64,000 nucleotides of DNA from a virus. Below the pieces are notes generated by a model. The model was not told where the DNA came from and did not search any database. It was given only the letters and a program-made list of their open reading frames with translations. Positions 29,467 to 38,188 of the stretch are shown here, in pieces. Numbering within the stretch: the first letter of the stretch is position 1; every line of letters begins with the position of its first letter. The position numbers were made by a program, and so were the translations under genes. The stretch lies in the IMG/VR virus record IMGVR_UViG_3300040811_000687, one strand, 5' to 3'.

Positions 29467-31752
29467 ATGAAAAAAAATACCACTACAAATATTAGCCTTG
29501 ACCAAAAAAGTCAACTAGCTAAACTTATCGCTACAGAAAATATAACTATTCAACATAACAATGTACGTACTGCTTCGTTTGATGTAAAAAACAGAGTACT
29601 TACATTACCAATATTCAAAACAAAATCGCCAGATGTTTATGACATGCTTATCGCCCACGAGTGTGCTCATGCTCTCTTTACTCCTTATAAGTCGTGGGCA
29701 AAAATTCAAGATGATGAGCTACGTGCTTATGTAAATGTTCTAGAAGATTGTAGAATAGATAAAAAAATACAAACACAATATCCTGGTGTAGTTAGAAACT
29801 ACATTAATGGTTTTGATATTCTTAACAAAGCAAATTTCTTTGGTACTAAAGACAAAGATATTAATAAAGACTACATGTTAATTGATAAGATCAATATGTT
29901 TTATAAGTCTTCAAAAAGACTACCAATATTTTTCTCTACTTTAGATAATATCTGGATTAATAAAGTTAATGCTTTAAAATCATTTAAAGATGTTGTTGAG
30001 TTAGCCAAGAAGATGTTAGATTGGCAGAAAAAAGAAACTAAAAAACAAGAAAAAAATAGTGACTTTTCTGGTAGTAATCTAGATAAACTTTACAAACAAC
30101 CAGATGACCATCAAAAACCTGATGAGTCAGATAGTGAAGAACAAAATGAAGATCAAGAGTCTGCTGAAAAACAAGATGATGAAAAGCAAGACGGTGATCA
30201 AGAAGATGGTAACAACGAGTCGCAACAATCAACTACTCATGGTGATGGTGCAGCTACAGTAGATGGTTCAGGTCTAGACTCTAGAAAATTTATTGCTATT
30301 ACTGATAAGAAGTATCAAGAAAACACAGCAAATATTACAGAGACAAAATACGATTACAGTTATGTTACTTTACCAGATTCTAATCTAGAAAAAATTGTTG
30401 TTAGAAATAAAACTTTCTTAAAAGAAATGAGAGATTATATCAAAACAGAAACTTACAGTTATTCTAGTACAATTCAATATCTAAACTGGTTAAGAAATGA
30501 TTTTAAAAAGTATCAAAGTGATAACATGAAAACTGTTAACTATCTTGTTAAAGAGTTTGAAATGAAAAAATCTGCTACTGCTTACAAAAGAGCAAGTACT
30601 GATAAAACAGGTACTATTGATCCTCTTAAATTAAAAGATTATAGATTCAGTGATGATATATTCAAAAGATTAACTGTACTACCTACAGAAAAAAACCATG
30701 GTATGATGATGTTGTTAGATTGGTCTGGTAGTATGTGTGCTGATCTTAAAAAAACTATTGATCAATTAATTAATCTAGTAATGTTTTGTAGAAAAATTAA
30801 TATACCTTTTAAAGTATATGCATTTACAACTGAATATTGCAATAAACAAGGTATGGATCATAGAGATACGGATCCAACAAAGTCTAGTTGGAAATACAAA
30901 GCAAATGATATGTATCTAGAAAATTATAATTTAATTGAAATGGCAGATCATACTCTTAAAAAGAAAGATTTAGAAGAGTCTCTTATGTATCTTTACAACA
31001 TGGGTTTATGTTATGATAATCACACTAGAGCTTCATATTGGGATACTAAACCACAATACGAGGGTAGTAGATTTCATATGCCTAGTCAATACAGTTTAGG
31101 TACTACTCCACTTAACGAAGCTTTAGTTAGTTGTTTAAAACTAGTACCTTTGTTTAAGAAAAAATACAATATTGAAAAGATGACTTTTATTACCTTAACA
31201 GACGGTGGTGCCAATTACAGTGGTGATAGTAAACTAGTTGATGTTGATGGTAAACTTACTAAAAAACATAAAGATGATTTAAGAGGTTCTTTAAATACTA
31301 ATGAGCCGTATATACCAGTTAGAACTGTTATTAAAGTTGGTAAAAAACAATATGTTAACGAAGATGGCAGATCACAATTAACTAATCAGTTGTTACGTAT
31401 GATTCAAAAAGAACATAACATTAAGACAATTGGTTTCTTTGTATTAAAACAAATTAAATGGTGGACAATTGGTGACTATGTTAGACATTGTAAAACATAT
31501 GAGCAAAGAGAAAAAGCTATGGCTGATATTAAGAAGAAATTTCTTAAAGAGAAGTGTGCCGTTGTAACTCATAAAGGTTACAATAGATATTTCTTACTTA
31601 ATGGTAAGACTATGAAAGTTGAGAATACTGATCTTTCTACAATTAAAGATGACGCCAAACCAGGTCAGATTAAAAACGTATTTAGTAAAAGTATGAAAGG
31701 ACGAATCACTTCTAGAACACTTTTAAACAAATTCATAGAGGAGGTTGCCTAG
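29467..31752 (+). CDS. CobT-like metallopeptidase/vWA protein (partner of the MoxR AAA+ ATPase)
   Basis: HECAH (HExxH)...NVLED.R, acidic linker, MIDAS DWSGS, TPLNEAL, LTDG. Confidence 0.85.
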   Translation: MKKNTTTNISLDQKSQLAKLIATENITIQHNNVRTASFDVKNRVLTLPIFKTKSPDVYDMLIAHECAHALFTPYKSWAKIQDDELRAYVNVLEDCRIDKKIQTQYPGVVRNYINGFDILNKANFFGTKDKDINKDYMLIDKINMFYKSSKRLPIFFSTLDNIWINKVNALKSFKDVVELAKKMLDWQKKETKKQEKNSDFSGSNLDKLYKQPDDHQKPDESDSEEQNEDQESAEKQDDEKQDGDQEDGNNESQQSTTHGDGAATVDGSGLDSRKFIAITDKKYQENTANITETKYDYSYVTLPDSNLEKIVVRNKTFLKEMRDYIKTETYSYSSTIQYLNWLRNDFKKYQSDNMKTVNYLVKEFEMKKSATAYKRASTDKTGTIDPLKLKDYRFSDDIFKRLTVLPTEKNHGMMMLLDWSGSMCADLKKTIDQLINLVMFCRKINIPFKVYAFTTEYCNKQGMDHRDTDPTKSSWKYKANDMYLENYNLIEMADHTLKKKDLEESLMYLYNMGLCYDNHTRASYWDTKPQYEGSRFHMPSQYSLGTTPLNEALVSCLKLVPLFKKKYNIEKMTFITLTDGGANYSGDSKLVDVDGKLTKKHKDDLRGSLNTNEPYIPVRTVIKVGKKQYVNEDGRSQLTNQLLRMIQKEHNIKTIGFFVLKQIKWWTIGDYVRHCKTYEQREKAMADIKKKFLKEKCAVVTHKGYNRYFLLNGKTMKVENTDLSTIKDDAKPGQIKNVFSKSMKGRITSRTLLNKFIEEVA

Positions 31753-31782
31753 ATGGTACTGGTATCAACAGTTATTTTAGGC

Positions 31783-31811
31783 TTGCTTTCTATGGTAAAA
31801 CCTGATAGGAT
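31783..31811 (+). promoter_or_regulatory. Early promoter
   Basis: TTGCTT-N17-TAGGAT. Confidence 0.6.
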
Positions 31812-31847
31812 AAAGGATAAAAACAACGTAACAAAAAGGATAACACT

Positions 31848-33062
31848 ATGTTAAACACTAAACAAACACAATTTGTTGAACATGCTTATGCTATGTTTAA
31901 CAAAAAAGAATTAACTGTAGAGCAGTTAAAGAAAGCCAATGTAAAATTTGGTTGTAAGTATGCTCCACAATGGTTGATTAAAAATAAAGATTACAAGTTA
32001 GGTAAATCTTTGTTCAAATTACCTGTAGATGGTGAGGACGTTTCAGTACCCACAAAATCTGTAGTTAAAAGTAAAAAGACCACAGCAGTTGCTGAAGAAA
32101 CTAAAAGTGAGGCTGCTTATATTGTTTCATCTTTAGTTGGCGATATTGTTCCTAAAAAGGATCCTATATTCGTTCCTTTTGGTAACTATACAGATATAAA
32201 ATCTATCATAAAATCTGGTAGATTCTACCCTATATTCATAACTGGTTTATCTGGTAATGGTAAAACTATGGGTGTAATTCAATCTTGTGCTGAGGCCAAA
32301 AAAGAATTAATCAGAGTTAACGTAACAATTGAAACCGATGAGGACGATCTATTAGGTGGTTATAGACTTAAAGATGGCCAAACTGTTTGGCAAAACGGTC
32401 CTGTTATTGAGGCAATGGAAAGAGGCGCTCTTTTATTATTAGATGAAGTTGATTTAGCTTCTAATAAAATCATGTGTCTACAACCAATACTTGAAGGATC
32501 AGGTGTGTACGTTAAAAAGATAAACAAGTTTGTTAAACCTGCTTCAGGTTTCAACATCGTTGCTACTGCCAATACTAAAGGTCAAGGTAGTGAAGACGGT
32601 AAGTTTATCGGAACTAACATTCTTAACGAAGCTTTTCTTGAAAGATTTCCTGTTACATTAGAACAGAAATATCCAAGTACGGCTATTGAGAAAAAAATAT
32701 TAACCAATACGTTAAAAGCGGCTGGTAAATCAGACAAAGGCTTCATTGAGAAGTTGACTACATGGGCTGATGTTATCAGAAAAACTTATTTTGACGGTGG
32801 TGTAGACGAGATTATCTCAACAAGAAGATTAGTCCACATAACACAAGCTTATGCTATATTTAATAATAAAGTTAAAGCTATTCAAATGTGTACTAATAGA
32901 TTTGATGATGATACAAAAAATTCGTTTGTAGAGTTATATACTAAAGTCGATTCTGGTTCAAGTGTTGAAGACATTATGGAACAAAATAGACAACAGGATT
33001 TAGCTGCTCAATCGGATACTGACGAGGATAAAGATGAGTCGGAAGATTCTGACAATATCTAA
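31848..33062 (+). CDS. CobS-like MoxR-family AAA+ ATPase
   Basis: GLSGNGKT, ETDEDDLLGG, LLLDEVD, ATANTKG, EAFLERF, ISTRRL. Confidence 0.92.
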   Translation: MLNTKQTQFVEHAYAMFNKKELTVEQLKKANVKFGCKYAPQWLIKNKDYKLGKSLFKLPVDGEDVSVPTKSVVKSKKTTAVAEETKSEAAYIVSSLVGDIVPKKDPIFVPFGNYTDIKSIIKSGRFYPIFITGLSGNGKTMGVIQSCAEAKKELIRVNVTIETDEDDLLGGYRLKDGQTVWQNGPVIEAMERGALLLLDEVDLASNKIMCLQPILEGSGVYVKKINKFVKPASGFNIVATANTKGQGSEDGKFIGTNILNEAFLERFPVTLEQKYPSTAIEKKILTNTLKAAGKSDKGFIEKLTTWADVIRKTYFDGGVDEIISTRRLVHITQAYAIFNNKVKAIQMCTNRFDDDTKNSFVELYTKVDSGSSVEDIMEQNRQQDLAAQSDTDEDKDESEDSDNI

Positions 33063-33081
33063 ATCGTTTAGTGTAATCCTT

Positions 33082-33105
33082 GTGGGTGGTGTAGTGGCCA
33101 CCCAC
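33082..33105 (+). terminator. GC-rich hairpin after the AAA gene (no U-tract)
   Basis: GTGGGTGGT-GTAGTG-GCCACCCAC. Confidence 0.45.
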
Positions 33106-33136
33106 GTTATAAGGCAATCACTACAGAAAGGAATAG

Positions 33137-33343
33137 ATGTCAGGAATTAAAATTGATGTTAGAAATGGAAATGTGGAACAAGCATTACGTGTATTAAAAC
33201 GTAAGCACCTTAAAGATAATTTCCTTAAAACATATAAAGAAAAAATGTATTTTGAAAAGCCTTCAGAAAAAAAACGAAGGAAGAAAAAAGAAATGACTGC
33301 TAATAGCAGGAAAGCTAAGAAGTTACGTGAAAGAAATTTATAG
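33137..33343 (+). CDS. rpsU: Ribosomal protein bS21
   Basis: VRNGNVEQALRVLKRK...YFEKPSEKKRRKK. Confidence 0.9.
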   Translation: MSGIKIDVRNGNVEQALRVLKRKHLKDNFLKTYKEKMYFEKPSEKKRRKKKEMTANSRKAKKLRERNL

Positions 33344-33344
33344 A

Positions 33345-33533
33345 TTTAACGCTACATTTGATATATATATTATGGTCAAGGCTGCTCGTAAGTCCTTTTG
33401 ACAGCGTTAAAGGAAGCTTATAAGCTTCGGATATGGACTAACGTTTTTGGTGTTTTTATGGTCCTTAAATAAACGAAAACACCACTTATTGATATTCACT
33501 AGGGAACTGGTAGGGATCCTCAGCCTAGTGAAT
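33345..33533 (+). ncRNA. Candidate structured ncRNA (four stems) between rpsU and hsp20
   Basis: TTTAACGCT/AGCGTTAAA, GTCAA/TTGAC, GAAGCTTATAAGCTTC palindrome, TGGTGTTTT/AAAACACCA, ATTCACTAGG/CCTAGTGAAT; no ORF. Confidence 0.55.
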
Positions 33534-33547
33534 TTCTATAAGTAGGG

Positions 33548-33604
33548 TTGACAAATAAAATATCGTACTTATATAAATAACTGTAGACGCCATAATGGGT
33601 CTAC
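33548..33604 (+). promoter_or_regulatory. Overlapping early/late promoter and 5' leader hairpin of hsp20
   Basis: TTGACA 33548, TATAAATA 33572-33579, GTAGAC-GCCATAATGG-GTCTAC stem. Confidence 0.6.
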
Positions 33605-33635
33605 TTAAATTAACTTGCTTAACAAAGGAGATAAT

Positions 33636-34085
33636 ATGACTAATAAAGCAATTTCAATTTTCAATCAATTAAGACCACTATCAGTAGGATTTGATGATGT
33701 GTTTGACCATTTCCAAGGAATGTTTGATCACCAATATGATTCTATAAATACTTCAAACTATCCACCATATAATATCATTAAGACAGGTAAATATACCTAT
33801 GATATTCAGGTTGCTCTTGCAGGCTATGGTAAGAAGGACGTAGATGTGTCTTTTGAAAATAACATCTTAACTATTAAATCTGTTAAAGACGAATCAGAAA
33901 AAGAGGTTGAGGAAAACGATGGTATACTACACAAAGGTATTGCCAAACGTATGTTTACTAAATCTTTTACTATTGCCGATGATGTAGAAATCAAAGGTGC
34001 TGAACTAAAAGATGGTCTTTTAAGTGTTTCTATGGAACGAATCATACCAGAGAACAAAAAGGCTAGAAAAATACAGATAAAATAA
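33636..34085 (+). CDS. hsp20: Small heat-shock protein Hsp20
   Basis: NYPPYNI, ALAG, HKGIAKR.F, GAELKDGLL; AAAGGAG RBS. Confidence 0.95.
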   Translation: MTNKAISIFNQLRPLSVGFDDVFDHFQGMFDHQYDSINTSNYPPYNIIKTGKYTYDIQVALAGYGKKDVDVSFENNILTIKSVKDESEKEVEENDGILHKGIAKRMFTKSFTIADDVEIKGAELKDGLLSVSMERIIPENKKARKIQIK

Positions 34086-34094
34086 ACTAAAAAA

Positions 34095-34138
34095 AAGTGG
34101 AAGGGAGCATTGACTTCCTTCCTCTTTTATTATATAAT
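34095..34138 (+). promoter_or_regulatory. Terminator-like hairpin overlapping a sigma70 promoter for prx
   Basis: GGAAGGGAG...CTTCCTTCC stem plus T run; TTGACT(34110)-N17-TATAAT(34133). Confidence 0.6.
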
Positions 34139-34149
34139 GAGAGTATATT

Positions 34150-34698
34150 ATGAAAATACCAAATATAACATTTAAGACTAGAGTTGGTGACCTGACCGAA
34201 TCAGGAGAATGTAACTTTGAAGACGGCAAATGGGTTGATGTAACATCAGCTAATCTCTTTGACAATAAAAGAGTTGTTTTGTTTAGTTTACCAGGTGCTT
34301 TTACACCTACATGTACATCACAACAACTACCTGGTTTTGAATCAAGTACAAAAGCTTTTAAGATTTCTCACAACATAGATGAAGTTTATTGTGTTTCAGT
34401 AAATGATTCGTTTGTGATGAATGCGTGGGCTCATGCTTCAAATATAAAAAACGTTAAGATGATACCAGATGGTAACGGAGAACTAACAAAGGCATTAGAT
34501 ATGTTAGTTAACAAAGAAGCCATTGGTTTTGGTTATCGTTCTTGGAGATATGCAGCTATAATAAATGACGGTGAGATAGAGAAAATGTTTGTAGAACCTG
34601 GTAGAGATATCAATGATCCTTCGGATCCATATGGTGTTTCTTCTCCAGAAAATGTTTTATCTTACTTACAAAGTGAAGAAATTAAGAGGTCAGTTTAA
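34150..34698 (+). CDS. Peroxiredoxin (Prx5/redoxin family)
   Basis: LPGAFTPTC, CVSVNDSFVMNAW, RSWRYA. Confidence 0.95.
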   Translation: MKIPNITFKTRVGDLTESGECNFEDGKWVDVTSANLFDNKRVVLFSLPGAFTPTCTSQQLPGFESSTKAFKISHNIDEVYCVSVNDSFVMNAWAHASNIKNVKMIPDGNGELTKALDMLVNKEAIGFGYRSWRYAAIINDGEIEKMFVEPGRDINDPSDPYGVSSPENVLSYLQSEEIKRSV

Positions 34699-34701
34699 GG
34701 C

Positions 34702-34730
34702 TTGACTTTTTATTTGATCTGTAGTAGGAT
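34702..34730 (+). promoter_or_regulatory. Early promoter driving tRNA-Gly and the gp45 operon
   Basis: TTGACT-N17-TAGGAT; predicted +1 about 34737. Confidence 0.65.
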
Positions 34731-34737
34731 CAATAAT

Positions 34738-34811
34738 GCGGATATAGTATAAAAGTATTATGAGAGATTTCCAATCTTTAGAACTTGGGGCAGTACCAAG
34801 TATCCGCTCCA
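34738..34811 (+). tRNA. tRNA-Gly (TCC) with GGCAGTA T-loop and D-loop lacking GG
   Basis: GCGGATA/TATCCGC acceptor stem, AGAGA-TTTCCAA-TCTTT anticodon arm, CTTGG-GGCAGTA-CCAAG T-arm, CCA. Confidence 0.88.
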
Positions 34812-34839
34812 TTAAACAATGAAAAAAGGTGAATATATA

Positions 34840-35502
34840 ATGAACTTGTCAACAGAAACAATTGCTATGTTAAAAAACTTTTCTGATATTAATCAGAATA
34901 TTTTAATTAAGCCAGGAAATAAAATACAAACTATTTCCAATATGAGAAATATTTTAGCAGAAGCTGAAATAAAAGAAAAATTTGATAGCGAATTTGCTAT
35001 CTATGATCTACCACAATTTTTAAGATCACTAGACTTATTTAAAAGTCCTGAACTTAAATTTAATGGTGGTGCTAGCATGACAATCAGTGAGGCTAAATCT
35101 AGTAAATCAGTTAAGTATTTCTTTTCTGATAAATCTACTATATTTACACCTAACAAGATTAACATGCCAGATAATCATGTCACATTTACATTAAAGAATG
35201 ATGACTTGGTAGAATTACACAAAGGTGTTACAACTTTAAATTTACCAGATGTATCTGTAATAGGTGATGGTAAAAACATTAAACTTGTTGCAACAGATAA
35301 AAAGAATAAATCTTCTAACGAAGTATCTACTGTAATTGGCGAATCAGATATTAAGTTTACTGCTTACTTTAAATCAGAAAACTTTAAAATGATACCAGAT
35401 GATTACGATGTAGCAATCTCAAAAGCAAAAATATCTAGTTTTATTTCTAGAGGTAAGAACGTACAATATTGGATCGCATTAGAACCTGACTCTGAATTTT
35501 AA
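34840..35502 (+). CDS. gp45: Sliding clamp gp45
   Basis: LKNFSDINQNILI, FAIYDLPQFL, YWIALEPDS. Confidence 0.95.
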   Translation: MNLSTETIAMLKNFSDINQNILIKPGNKIQTISNMRNILAEAEIKEKFDSEFAIYDLPQFLRSLDLFKSPELKFNGGASMTISEAKSSKSVKYFFSDKSTIFTPNKINMPDNHVTFTLKNDDLVELHKGVTTLNLPDVSVIGDGKNIKLVATDKKNKSSNEVSTVIGESDIKFTAYFKSENFKMIPDDYDVAISKAKISSFISRGKNVQYWIALEPDSEF

Positions 35503-35513
35503 GGAGTTAGACA

Positions 35514-36458
35514 ATGACAGATTTTTTATGGGTTGAACAATACCGACCTAAAACAATAAACGATTGTATCTTACCAGAGGAAACAAAGAAAACATTTCTA
35601 GAGTTTCTATCTAAAAAAGAACTACCAAACATGTTATTAACTGGTACTGCCGGTACTGGTAAAACAACTGTAGCACGAGCCTTGTGTGAAGAATTAAATC
35701 TTGATTATATTATAATCAATGGTTCAGATGAGGGTCGTCAAATAGATACCTTGAGGTATAAGATTAAAAACTTTGCAACAACTGTATCTTTCAATACAGA
35801 ATCAAAACATAAAGTAGTCATAATTGACGAGGCAGATTATATGAACGCCGAGTCTGTACAGCCTGCTTTAAGAAACTTCATAGAAAGTTTTTATAACAAC
35901 TGTAGATTCATATTTACTTGTAACTATAAGAACAAAATCATACCAGCTTTACATAGTCGTTGTACTGTTATTGACTTTAAGGTCACTAATGGTCAAGTTA
36001 AGAAGACAGCTATAGCATTTATGCAACGTATGGAGGGTATCTTAAAAGAACAAGAGATTGAGTATGATAAGAAGACATTGGCTCAGTTAATTGAGAAACA
36101 TTATCCAGACTTTAGAAGAACTATAAACGAACTTCAAAGGTATTCTGTACGTGGTAAGATTGACAGTGGTATTCTATTCAATTTAAAAGAGACCGACTAC
36201 AAAAATCTTATGATTCATTTGAAGAAAAAAGAGTTTGATAGTATGAGAAAGTGGGTAATTCAACATTTAGATATGGACGCTACTGATTTATTCAGAGGTG
36301 TCTATGATATTTTATATGAAACCCTAGAACCTAAATCCGTACCACAAGCAATACTGATCATCGCCGGATATCAGTATAAGGCGGCTTTTGTAGCAGACCA
36401 TGAGATCAATACAATAGCTTGCTTAACTGAAATCATGGCCAACTGTAAATTCAAATGA
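35514..36458 (+). CDS. gp44: Clamp loader large subunit gp44
   Basis: LWVEQYRP, GTGKTT, IIDEAD, LHSRC. Confidence 0.96.
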   Translation: MTDFLWVEQYRPKTINDCILPEETKKTFLEFLSKKELPNMLLTGTAGTGKTTVARALCEELNLDYIIINGSDEGRQIDTLRYKIKNFATTVSFNTESKHKVVIIDEADYMNAESVQPALRNFIESFYNNCRFIFTCNYKNKIIPALHSRCTVIDFKVTNGQVKKTAIAFMQRMEGILKEQEIEYDKKTLAQLIEKHYPDFRRTINELQRYSVRGKIDSGILFNLKETDYKNLMIHLKKKEFDSMRKWVIQHLDMDATDLFRGVYDILYETLEPKSVPQAILIIAGYQYKAAFVADHEINTIACLTEIMANCKFK

Positions 36459-37120
36459 TTGCTTGGTTATACGGTTTCTTTCAGTTAGACATGAAATCAG
36501 GAATATATTTCCTGACAGTAGGTAAAACGAAAGATAAAAAAGAACGAGTAGACAATTATAAAACTACAAACGCCAATATTACTTTTGAATACTTAAAAGA
36601 AGTTAAACCTAACTTCTTAACCAAAGCTGAAGGCGAGCTTTTAGAACACTTAAAGAAATACTATAAATTGTGGAAGACCTCTACCGAACAGTTTGAGATA
36701 GGTACTACAATAGAAGATGTACAAAAAGCAGAGAAGATATTATTAAAAGTGATGGACAAGGTCAAAACTAAAAGTAATGATGTTAAAGATATCACGTATG
36801 AATATGGTACTATTGATGGTGTGAAAGATATCAGAGATTTGAGAAAACCTTGTACTTTTATTCCAGGACAAGTGGCTATGATAGTCACTAGAGCTGGTGT
36901 CTATGCTAGAGGTAAAAAATATACTACAGAACGCTCAAGAACTTATTTAACTAAATACCAGAAAAAAGGCAGACGCCTTATAGAATTAAAGCAAGAACAG
37001 CGAGTACCGATTAGCAACTATGCTTGGGATATAATACAAGTTGTGCAAGCAAACGAAAGAGAAAAACAAAAACAACAAGAAGAATTTGAGAAGAAATATG
37101 GCAAAAAGAACGCTGTTTAG
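36455..37120 (+). CDS. Putative GIY-YIG (T5orf172-like) nuclease/DNA-binding protein
   Basis: VGKT....R...YKTTN...AE..L.......EQF pattern; inserted between gp44 and gp62. Confidence 0.45.
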   Translation: MIAWLYGFFQLDMKSGIYFLTVGKTKDKKERVDNYKTTNANITFEYLKEVKPNFLTKAEGELLEHLKKYYKLWKTSTEQFEIGTTIEDVQKAEKILLKVMDKVKTKSNDVKDITYEYGTIDGVKDIRDLRKPCTFIPGQVAMIVTRAGVYARGKKYTTERSRTYLTKYQKKGRRLIELKQEQRVPISNYAWDIIQVVQANEREKQKQQEEFEKKYGKKNAV

Positions 37121-37262
37121 AGTGTGTTTAGTAAAATTGAGAATGCTTTGGGCTGACATAAGAGGTCATCATGGAAAAGTTTGGGATTATGAGCCAGGCG
37201 AGTACTACTTGGGCATGAATAAAGGCAAAAGAGACCACGAAAAACGACACGGAATTAGATGA
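37098..37262 (+). CDS. Small hypothetical protein (54 aa)
   Basis: MAKRTLFR...ADIRGHHGKVWDYEPGEYYLG. Confidence 0.6.
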   Translation: MAKRTLFRVCLVKLRMLWADIRGHHGKVWDYEPGEYYLGMNKGKRDHEKRHGIR

Positions 37263-37270
37263 AAGGAATA

Positions 37271-37346
37271 GCCCTTTTAGCTCAGCTGGTAGAGCAACTG
37301 ATTTGTAATCAGTAGGTCGTCTGTTCGACTCGGACAAAGGGCACCA
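37271..37346 (+). tRNA. tRNA-Thr (TGT)
   Basis: GCCCTTT/AAAGGGC acceptor, ACTGA-TTTGTAA-TCAGT, canonical TTCGA T-loop, CCA. Confidence 0.95.
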
Positions 37347-37355
37347 GAATTTATT

Positions 37356-37748
37356 ATGTACGAATTGAAAGATTATTTAAAAGCTATTAACGAGACAAAA
37401 GTCAACCTTTTGGACACCACGGATATCGCCTGGTCTAAAAAATACCCTCCATATATCATTAATAAGTGTTTATCTATGTTTTGGGACACACTTCCACATG
37501 CCAATGAAATGAATGGTTATCACTTCTTGGACAAAGATATACAGTTTACCTTTTTACTAAATAGTATCAGACCAAAGAAACGTTTTGGAGGCAAATGGCT
37601 TAAGCAAACAAAACTAAATGACTTGGAATATGTTAAAGAGTATTATGGTTATAGTAATGAAAAAGCAAAACAGGCCTTAACCATACTCACAAAAGAACAA
37701 ATTAATAAAATTAAAGAAGCCACATATAAAGGCGGGAGAACTAGATGA
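37356..37748 (+). CDS. gp62: Clamp loader small subunit gp62
   Basis: YPPYIINKCLS, ANEMN, VKEYYGYSNEKA. Confidence 0.93.
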   Translation: MYELKDYLKAINETKVNLLDTTDIAWSKKYPPYIINKCLSMFWDTLPHANEMNGYHFLDKDIQFTFLLNSIRPKKRFGGKWLKQTKLNDLEYVKEYYGYSNEKAKQALTILTKEQINKIKEATYKGGRTR

Positions 37749-38188
37749 ATGAAGAAGTAAAGTGGTCGCAGGATAGTATGTTAGAAGTAACTCTAACTCA
37801 ACCAGATGATTTTTTAAAAGTCAGAGAAACACTTACTAGAATAGGTGTCGCAAGTAGAAAAGATAAAACATTATTTCAATCTTGTCATATTCTACATAAA
37901 CAAGGAAAATATTACATAGTACATTTTAAAGAGTTATTTGCTTTAGACGGCAAGAAAGCAACTCTAATTAACAACGATATTCAACGTAGAAATACTATTG
38001 CTATATTGTTACAAGACTGGAATTTAATAGATATTGTTGAAAAAGAAACAGCAATATCAAACAAGGCACCATTATCACAAATTAAAGTATTACCATTTAA
38101 AGAAAAAAAAGAGTGGATATTATCTGCTAAATATAACATAGGTAAAAAGGTAGTAAAAGAGACTGATAATGCAAATACCGAAGTTTAG
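37745..38188 (+). CDS. regA: Translational repressor RegA
   Basis: DDFLKVRETLTRIGVA, CHILHKQGKYYIVHFKELF. Confidence 0.96.
   Translation: MNEEVKWSQDSMLEVTLTQPDDFLKVRETLTRIGVASRKDKTLFQSCHILHKQGKYYIVHFKELFALDGKKATLINNDIQRRNTIAILLQDWNLIDIVEKETAISNKAPLSQIKVLPFKEKKEWILSAKYNIGKKVVKETDNANTEV

Noticed and set aside
29467-33062. Cobalamin biosynthesis (cobS/cobT) auxiliary pathway
   Set aside because: No CobN or other cob genes; this MoxR AAA+/vWA pair is a common marine T4-like chaperone-type module.
34738-34811. tmRNA fragment
   Set aside because: Despite the tmRNA-type T-loop it has a Gly acceptor stem (no G3-U70), U73 and a full anticodon arm, so it is a tRNA-Gly.
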